Part shown: in pieces, positions 18,939 to 25,059 of the stretch
How the letters are laid out: each line of letters begins with the position of its first letter
How positions within the stretch are numbered: the first letter of the stretch is position 1
Notes under the pieces: model-generated
What the model was told of the DNA's origin: nothing
Databases searched by the model: none
Seen by the model: only the letters and a program-made list of their open reading frames with translations
Program-made: the position numbers and the translations under genes
DNA from: Betaproteobacteria bacterium
Lineage (GTDB): Bacteria > Pseudomonadota > Gammaproteobacteria > Burkholderiales > JBDZVW01
NCBI GenBank assembly: GCA_040255885.1
Contig: JBDZVW010000001.1
Coordinates: 1-25,059, forward strand
Direction: 5' to 3'
DNA length: 25,059 nucleotides

Positions 18939-19647
18939 CGCCGCGCTCGACGGCATCGTGCTCGCCTGCCGCGGGCTCTACAAGAGCTACCGTCAGGGCC
19001 GGCTCGAAGTGCCGGTGCTGACGGGCGTGAATCTCGAAGTGCGCGCCGGCGAGCGCGTCGCCATCATCGGTGCATCGGGGTCCGGCAAGAGCACGCTGCT
19101 GCATCTGCTGGGCGGGCTCGACGAAGCGACGTCGGGCGACATCTTCGTCGAGGGCGTGAATCTGCGCGACCAGACTGAAGAGGCGCGCGGCCGCACGCGC
19201 AACCGCGCGCTGGGTTTCGTCTACCAGTTCCATCATCTGCTGATGGAATTCACCGCGCTCGAAAACGTCGCGATGCCGCTGTTGATCCGGCGCATGGAGC
19301 GCAAGGCGGCGTACGAGCGCGCGGCGATGATGCTGGAACAGGTCGGCCTCAGTCATCGCGTGACCCATACGCCGGCCGAGCTGTCGGGCGGTGAACGCCA
19401 GCGTGCGGCGCTGGCGCGCGCGCTGGTCACCGAGCCGGCGTGCGTGCTGGCGGACGAGCCGACCGGCAATCTCGACCGGCAGAACGCGCAGGGAGTGTTC
19501 GAGCTGATGCTGGCGCTCAATCAGCGCATGGGCACCAGCTTTGTATTGGTGACGCACGATCCGGAGATTGCCGCGCGCGCCGATCGCGTGCTGCGGCTGG
19601 TGGACGGCGTGCTGGGCCCGGCTGTCACCGCCGGCGACCGTGACTGA
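18931..19647 (+). CDS. lolD: Lipoprotein-releasing ABC transporter ATP-binding protein, 238 aa
   Basis: Walker [41 protein letters not shown]. Confidence 0.95.
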   Translation: MNDAALDGIVLACRGLYKSYRQGRLEVPVLTGVNLEVRAGERVAIIGASGSGKSTLLHLLGGLDEATSGDIFVEGVNLRDQTEEARGRTRNRALGFVYQFHHLLMEFTALENVAMPLLIRRMERKAAYERAAMMLEQVGLSHRVTHTPAELSGGERQRAALARALVTEPACVLADEPTGNLDRQNAQGVFELMLALNQRMGTSFVLVTHDPEIAARADRVLRLVDGVLGPAVTAGDRD

Positions 19648-19689
19648 GCGGCGCCGCCGCACCGCGGTCGCCGATCTTCGTGATGCGCG

Positions 19690-20043
19690 TCATTCAACGG
19701 GCGTGATGCGGATGATTTCCCGCTGCACCGCGTCGCGGTAGGTTTCGTCGTCCTGAAACGTTTGCGTGAGCACGAAATTCGACGCCGTGCGCTTGACGAT
19801 CCACGGCAGCGCCAGCCCGAACAGAAACAGCGCCAGACCCAGCCACCAGTGCCGGATCAGTGCCAGCGCGATGCCGCTGCCGAGTATTGGCAGGCGCACC
19901 AGCGGCAGCCACAGGCGCTGGCTGAGGTAGTGGGCGGCACGGCGCGCATCGATCTGCACGCGAATTTTCCTCGCGGCATAGGCGCGGGCGAATTCCTCGC
20001 GTGTCATCGTCGGTTGCGGAAGTTTGCGGCTGTCATCCATCAT
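19690..20043 (-). CDS. Hypothetical membrane protein, about 117 aa
   Basis: ATG overlaps the upstream stop (TGATG). Central hydrophobic hairpin LPILGSGIALALIRHWWLGLALFLFGLALPWIV. Confidence 0.7.
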   Translation of the reverse strand: MMDDSRKLPQPTMTREEFARAYAARKIRVQIDARRAAHYLSQRLWLPLVRLPILGSGIALALIRHWWLGLALFLFGLALPWIVKRTASNFVLTQTFQDDETYRDAVQREIIRITPVE

Positions 20044-20663
20044 CAGTAGTCCACCGGCAGCGGATCGAGACTGCGCCACAGGTACCAGGTCGCCACCGAG
20101 CGCCACGGCTGCCACTGGCGGGTGATCGTGCGCACGCGGCGCGGCGAGAGGGGACATCCGTTATTGTAATGCAGACGCAGCGCGCGTTGCAGCCCGAGAT
20201 CGTCGAGCGGCAACACATCGGGGCGCGCGAGATGGAACATCAGGAACATTTCGGCGGTCCAGCGGCCGATGCCCCTGATTTCGACCAGCCGCGCGATCAG
20301 CGCTTCGTCGTCGAATTGTTCCCAGCGTGCGGTGGCGAGGCCGCCGTCTATGAAGTGCGCGGCGAGATCGCGAACATAATCGGCCTTGCGCGCCGACAGT
20401 CCGCAGCTCCTCAGCCGTTCGACCGATGCCGCGCCGACGGCGTGCGGCGACAGCGTGTCGAGCGTCGTGGCGAGCCGCTGCCAGACGCTGTCCGCGGCCT
20501 TGACCGAGATCTGCTGGCCGACGATCGCGCGCGCCAGCGTCATGAACGCGTCACCGCGGCTGCGCGGCGCCAGCCCGCGGTACTGCCGGATCAGGCGCTT
20601 GAGAACGGCATCGCTGCGTGCCAGCTCGCGCACTGCCTGCTGCCAATATTGTGGTATCGTCAC
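20043..20663 (-). CDS. alkA: DNA-3-methyladenine glycosylase II family (HhH-GPD), short form, 206 aa
   Basis: GTG start overlapping the DUF2062 stop (GTGA). LARAIVGQQISVKAA, IRGIGRWTAEM, PDVLPLDDLGL, WQPWRSVATWYLW. Confidence 0.88.
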   Translation of the reverse strand: MTIPQYWQQAVRELARSDAVLKRLIRQYRGLAPRSRGDAFMTLARAIVGQQISVKAADSVWQRLATTLDTLSPHAVGAASVERLRSCGLSARKADYVRDLAAHFIDGGLATARWEQFDDEALIARLVEIRGIGRWTAEMFLMFHLARPDVLPLDDLGLQRALRLHYNNGCPLSPRRVRTITRQWQPWRSVATWYLWRSLDPLPVDY

Positions 20664-21229
20664 GATTCTATCCGTTTGCGATGGCGCCGTGCCCGCCGCC
20701 GCCAGCCGTAGATCACCTGCAGCCGCCACGTCCAGTCGACCACGAAATAACCGGCGGCTGCCAGCAGCAGCGCCAGCAGCGGCAAGCCGATCGCCAGCGG
20801 CTTGCCGAGCGACATGCCCCAGTGCAGCAGCGACGGCAGCCATGATGAAATGTCGGCGAGACTCAATCCCGGCATCTCGAGCACGACCGCCGGCGCGCCG
20901 TTGCCGCTTTCGAACAGCACCAGCCGCCCCAGCTTGTACGCGGCATAATATAGCGGCACGATAGTAAATGGGTTGGTGTAAAAGGTGACGGCCAGCGCGA
21001 CCGGCAGGTTCACCTTGAAAAGGATCGCCAGAATCGCTGCCGAGATCATTTGCAGCGGTCCCGGCACCAGTCCGGAGAACATGCCGACCGCGACGCCGCC
21101 GGCCACCGAGCGGCGGTGCAAGTGCCACAGATTGTGGTGCGACAGCAGCGAGCCGAACACGCCGATGTAGCGGTTGCGGCGCACGGCTTCATGGCTCGGC
21201 AGATACTTGCGAAAAAATTTGCGCGACAT
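20660..21229 (-). CDS. DUF2062 domain membrane protein, 189 aa
   Basis: LWHLHRRSVAGGVAVGMF..PGPLQM..NLPVA..TNPFT; divergent from comEC, its usual neighbour. Confidence 0.88.
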   Translation of the reverse strand: MSRKFFRKYLPSHEAVRRNRYIGVFGSLLSHHNLWHLHRRSVAGGVAVGMFSGLVPGPLQMISAAILAILFKVNLPVALAVTFYTNPFTIVPLYYAAYKLGRLVLFESGNGAPAVVLEMPGLSLADISSWLPSLLHWGMSLGKPLAIGLPLLALLLAAAGYFVVDWTWRLQVIYGWRRRARRHRKRIES

Positions 21230-21302
21230 GCGCCAAGGGGAGGCGGCTTGTGCAAAGCACTCATTCTATCCAATTTCCGGCCGCCGGGGCGTCGCGCGGC
21301 TG

Positions 21303-23696
21303 ATGCGCGTCAACGTACTGCTGTTCGTTGCCGGCGCCTGGCTGTTACAGCAGCAGGCCAGGCTGCCGTCGTGGATGGCGGCATTGCCGCTGCTCGCAGT
21401 CGCCGCCGGCGTGCTCGCCGCGCGGCGCCGTGGAACGCCGCATGCGAAAATCGCCGCGCGGGTGCTGACCGGCATTCTGTGTTGCGGGCTCGGTTTTTTC
21501 TGGGCGGCGCTGCTGGCACAGCAGCGACTCGCCGACGCGCTGCCGGCTGATCTGGAAGGCCGCGACGTCGTTGTCACCGGCGTGATCGCGGGACTGCCGC
21601 ACGCCGGCGAGCATAGCGTACGTTTTCTGTTCAACGTCGAATCCGCGGCGAACGGCGCGCGGATTCCGCACGTTTTGGCGCTTTCATGGTGGGCGGCACG
21701 CGCCGGCGAACATGACCACGCCGCACTTCCGGCGCTGCACGCCGGCGAACGCTGGCGCCTGAAAGTGCGGCTGCGGCGGCCGCACGGTTTCGCCAATCCT
21801 CACGGCTTCGATTACGAGGCATGGCTGCTGGAGCGCGGTATCCGCGCCACCGGCTATGTGCGCGACGATCCGCACAACCATCGTCTCGCCGCGTTTGTTC
21901 CGCGATTGCAGTATCGAATTGCGCGTGTCCGCGAAGCCATTCGCGCGCGCATCGCGCGGGCACTGCCGGGCGCCCCTTATGCCGGCGTGCTGGAAGCGCT
22001 GGCGATCGGCGACCAGCGCGCGATCCCGCAAGCGCAATGGCAGACCTTCATTCGTACGGGTATAGGCCATCTCATCAGCATATCCGGATTGCATATTACG
22101 ATGGTATCGGCGCTCGTGTTTGCGCTGATGTACGGCCTGTGGCGGCGATTATTTCGGCTGGCGCTGCGCATCCCGGCGCGCAAGGTGGCGGCGCTTGCCG
22201 GATTCGCCGCCGCGCTGGCTTACGCGCTGCTGGCCGGATTCGGGGTGCCGGCGCAGCGCACCGTCTACATGCTAGGCGCGGTGGCAATCGCGTTATGGCT
22301 GGGGCGCACCAGCATGCCGTCCGCAGTGCTGGCGTGCGCGCTGCTGGTGGTCGTGATGCTCGATCCGTGGGCGGTGATGGCGGCGGGCTTCTGGCTGTCG
22401 TTCGGGGCGGTCGCGCTGATCCTGTATGTCAGTACCGCGCGCACCGGCCGCGTGCACTGGCTGGTCGAGTGGGGTCGTGTGCAATGGGCGATCACGCTGG
22501 GACTGACACCGTTTCTGCTGGCGCTGTTTCAGCAGGTTTCCGTGGTGTCGCCGCTGGCGAACGCGTTTGCGATACCGGTGGTGAGCCTGATTGTGGTGCC
22601 GTTGACGCTGATCGGCGTGGCACTGCCGGTCGACTGGGGATTGCTGCTGGCGCATCGGGTGATGGCGTGGTGCATGGTGGTCGTGCAGTGGCTGAGCACG
22701 CTGCCGTACGCGGTGTGGTACCAGCACGCACCGGCGCCGTGGACGGTGGCCGTCGCCGTGATCGCAATCATGTGGCTGCTGGCGCCGCGCGGCTTTCCGG
22801 CACGCTGGCTGGGACTGGTCGGGCTGCTGCCATTGTTTCTGGTGCTGCCGCCGCCGGTTGCTGAAGGCAGCGTGCGGCTGACCGTGCTCGACGTCGGGCA
22901 GGGGCTCGCGGTGGTTGCGCAGACCCGCCACCACGTGCTGCTTTACGACACCGGACCGGCGTTCGCATCGGGATCGGACGCCGGCAGCCGCGTAATCGTG
23001 CCGTTTCTGCGTGCGGCCGGTGTGCGCTCGCTCGACGTGATGGTGGTGAGCCACAACGACATCGACCATTCCGGCGGTGCGGCGTCGGTGCTGCAGGCGC
23101 TGTCGGTCGGGCGTTTCATCGCGTCGCTGCCGCGCGGGAATCCATTGATGGCGCAGGGGCCCGACGCCGGACCGTGCGTCAGCGGCCAGCACTGGAACTG
23201 GGATGACGTGCATTTCGAATTTCTTTATCCCGCTGCCGGCGCGGCCGACAATCCGTCGTTGAGCGACAACGACCGCGGCTGCGTGCTCAAGATCGCCACC
23301 GCGCATGCCGCTGCGCTGTTGCCGGCCGACATCACGCACAAGGTGGAAGCGCGCCTGGTGGCGAAAATGCCGGATAAGCTTCGCGCGAACGTCATCGTCG
23401 CGCCGCATCACGGCAGCAAGACGTCGTCATCGCCGGCGTTCATTGCCGCGGTCGATCCGCAATGGGTGGTGTTTTCTGCCGGCTATCACAACCGCTTCCA
23501 TCATCCGGCGCGTGTCGTGGTGGCACGCTACCGCAAGGCCGGCGTGCGCACCACTCGCACCGATCGCGATGGCGCGGTCACGGTTACGCTCGATGCGGCA
23601 GGCGACGTCGCGGTGTCACGCTATCGCCGGACGCATCGTCATTACTGGCAGACGACAATGGATGATGGTGCGGTACCGGCGCCGGCAGCCCGGTGA
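21303..23696 (+). CDS. comEC: DNA internalization competence protein ComEC/Rec2, about 797 aa
   Basis: Likely start MRVNVLLF at 21303. NPHGFDYE, HLISISGLHI, GFWLSF, LDVGQG, SHNDIDHSGG, PHHGSKTSS, NRFHHP. Confidence 0.95.
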   Translation: MRVNVLLFVAGAWLLQQQARLPSWMAALPLLAVAAGVLAARRRGTPHAKIAARVLTGILCCGLGFFWAALLAQQRLADALPADLEGRDVVVTGVIAGLPHAGEHSVRFLFNVESAANGARIPHVLALSWWAARAGEHDHAALPALHAGERWRLKVRLRRPHGFANPHGFDYEAWLLERGIRATGYVRDDPHNHRLAAFVPRLQYRIARVREAIRARIARALPGAPYAGVLEALAIGDQRAIPQAQWQTFIRTGIGHLISISGLHITMVSALVFALMYGLWRRLFRLALRIPARKVAALAGFAAALAYALLAGFGVPAQRTVYMLGAVAIALWLGRTSMPSAVLACALLVVVMLDPWAVMAAGFWLSFGAVALILYVSTARTGRVHWLVEWGRVQWAITLGLTPFLLALFQQVSVVSPLANAFAIPVVSLIVVPLTLIGVALPVDWGLLLAHRVMAWCMVVVQWLSTLPYAVWYQHAPAPWTVAVAVIAIMWLLAPRGFPARWLGLVGLLPLFLVLPPPVAEGSVRLTVLDVGQGLAVVAQTRHHVLLYDTGPAFASGSDAGSRVIVPFLRAAGVRSLDVMVVSHNDIDHSGGAASVLQALSVGRFIASLPRGNPLMAQGPDAGPCVSGQHWNWDDVHFEFLYPAAGAADNPSLSDNDRGCVLKIATAHAAALLPADITHKVEARLVAKMPDKLRANVIVAPHHGSKTSSSPAFIAAVDPQWVVFSAGYHNRFHHPARVVVARYRKAGVRTTRTDRDGAVTVTLDAAGDVAVSRYRRTHRHYWQTTMDDGAVPAPAAR

Positions 23697-23791
23697 TTGC
23701 AGCGTCACTCATTCGTTGGTCAAGTCAATACAGCGCGGATTGTGATCAGTCGCGCCGAAACCGTGATTTGGCCGTCGGGGATGAATTCTTG

Positions 23792-23820
23792 TTGACATAG
23801 ATAATGAGAATCATTATTGT
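23792..23820 (+). promoter_or_regulatory. Sigma70 promoter with an overlapping Fur box
   Basis: TTGACA (23792-23797), 17 bp, TATTGT (23815-23820). GATAATGAGAATCATTATT (23800-23818) matches the GATAATGATAATCATTATC consensus at 17/19. Confidence 0.9.
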
Positions 23821-23943
23821 TTATCGTGTATAACCAATTGGCCTGTGGCGATTGCCGCAGGATGATCGCGCCGCCAGCCACGCCGCGCTTTCGCGCCCGA
23901 AGCCAGCCACCGCGCCCGTCTTTTCGCAAGGAGGTGGAACGCA

Positions 23944-25059
23944 ATGAACGCGAATTTCGCTTTGCTGGCCGGCCATGCGAGCGCAAACGGCTCGTCCGGC
24001 GCTGAGACTTTCAATGGTGGCGTCCTGTCCGGGCTGCCGACAGCCGGCCAATCCACGCAGCCGTTCGCTGCCGGCGGGGAGACGCTGCGATGCTGCAAAC
24101 ACGACACTCGATCCGTCACGCCGCGCGCCTCGCGCAGGCGCCTGTGGGAAATCCCGCACATGCACCATTGCGTGCTGCTGGGCGCGGCGTTCGATGCCCG
24201 CGAACTGTGCCGGATATTCCGCCGTGCCGGATACGTCGACTGGGAGGGCGTCGACGACTACGGATTGCATTCCAGCGCCGTGCACTGCGCACAGGAGCGC
24301 AATGATTTTTCCCGCCTCGCACACAAGATTCTCGAAGAGCGCTACCGCGGCGCGGTCGCACGCTTCAGGTCGGCCGGAGCGCCGGCGCAACTGATCGATT
24401 TGTGGCGGCAGCACGCCGCGCGCGGCGATCCGATGCCGGCCTATTGGGCGGCATTGACGCACCCGGCCTGCGATCCGGGCGTGGACGAAGTGTTGTCGCA
24501 GGAAATGCACATGCTGTCGCACCATGCATTCGCCACCCGCCGCGCGGCGATGCGCCGGCTTTGTGTGCTGGAAGAGCGTGCGCACGAGCGGGAGCGGGCG
24601 CACAACCGTGCCAATGAACAATGCGCGGCGCTCAGGCGCGAGACCGTCCGCTTGCGCGAAGAGCTGGCCGCGGCGAAACGCGAGACATTGAATGCACGTA
24701 ACACCGCAACGCGATTGCAGGCGGCTGTGGAGCGGTGGGAATGTGGTGAACAGGCCGGCACGCTGGCCGCGCGCATACAAGCGCTGACCGGCGAACGGGA
24801 TGCCGCGCGCAGCGGCGCAGACGCCGCGAGACGCGCACTCGGGCGCGCAATGCGCCGCATCGAATGGTATCGGCATGCGCGCGGCGCAGCATCATCGGCC
24901 GGCGGGCTGGCTGCTGCACCGGAGCATTGTGCGGACGAGTCGCCCGGCAGCCCCGATCTGTCGCAGCGGCAGATACTCTGCGTCGGCGGCAGGGTGAACC
25001 TGGTACCGCGTTATCGCGAACAGGTGCAGGCGGCCAACGCAATATTTTCCTATCACGAC
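23944..25059 (+). CDS. DUF2325-type protein (long form), 3' end beyond the window
   Basis: AAGGAGGT then ATG at 23944, open for 372 codons to the edge. RRRLWEIPHMHHCVLLG..DYGLHSSAVHC..YWAALTHP..EMHMLSHH, a coiled coil, then ILCVGGRVNLVPRYREQV..FSYHD. Not in the supplied ORF track because no stop is reached. Confidence 0.82.
   Translation, partial: MNANFALLAGHASANGSSGAETFNGGVLSGLPTAGQSTQPFAAGGETLRCCKHDTRSVTPRASRRRLWEIPHMHHCVLLGAAFDARELCRIFRRAGYVDWEGVDDYGLHSSAVHCAQERNDFSRLAHKILEERYRGAVARFRSAGAPAQLIDLWRQHAARGDPMPAYWAALTHPACDPGVDEVLSQEMHMLSHHAFATRRAAMRRLCVLEERAHERERAHNRANEQCAALRRETVRLREELAAAKRETLNARNTATRLQAAVERWECGEQAGTLAARIQALTGERDAARSGADAARRALGRAMRRIEWYRHARGAASSAGGLAAAPEHCADESPGSPDLSQRQILCVGGRVNLVPRYREQVQAANAIFSYHD

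Noticed and set aside
23821..24876. 351-aa minus-strand ORF and the short plus-strand ORFs in this region
   Set aside because: These are shadows of the plus-strand gene starting at 23944, which has a promoter, an SD and family motifs.

Overview
GC-rich chromosomal window whose gene order looks betaproteobacterial. Left to right: pdhB-pdhA (heterotetrameric 2-oxoacid dehydrogenase E1), nnrU-family gene, DUF481 outer-membrane protein, a 58-codon C-terminal remnant of a type I restriction hsdR gene, a DUF2130 coiled-coil/nuclease-like gene, and a copA-copZ-csoR copper operon with a clear CsoR operator. Then a glycine-zipper envelope protein, acetoacetate-CoA ligase, the housekeeping block lysS-prfB (programmed +1 frameshift)-recJ-rpfE-like / lolC/E-lolD, a coupled DUF2062-alkA-like-hypothetical operon, comEC, and a Fur-boxed DUF2325-type gene that runs off the right end and is missing from the ORF track. 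The most unusual signal is non-coding: four kinds of short palindromic or tandem-plus-inverted repeats (about 1-69 and 4381-4552, 3938-3970, 6592-6693, 12010-12184) with no transposase or cognate small nuclease gene in the window. One sits at the hsdR breakpoint, and another extends into the copA 3' end and could sequester the copZ ribosome-binding site. All family assignments come from recognised motifs, not database searches.
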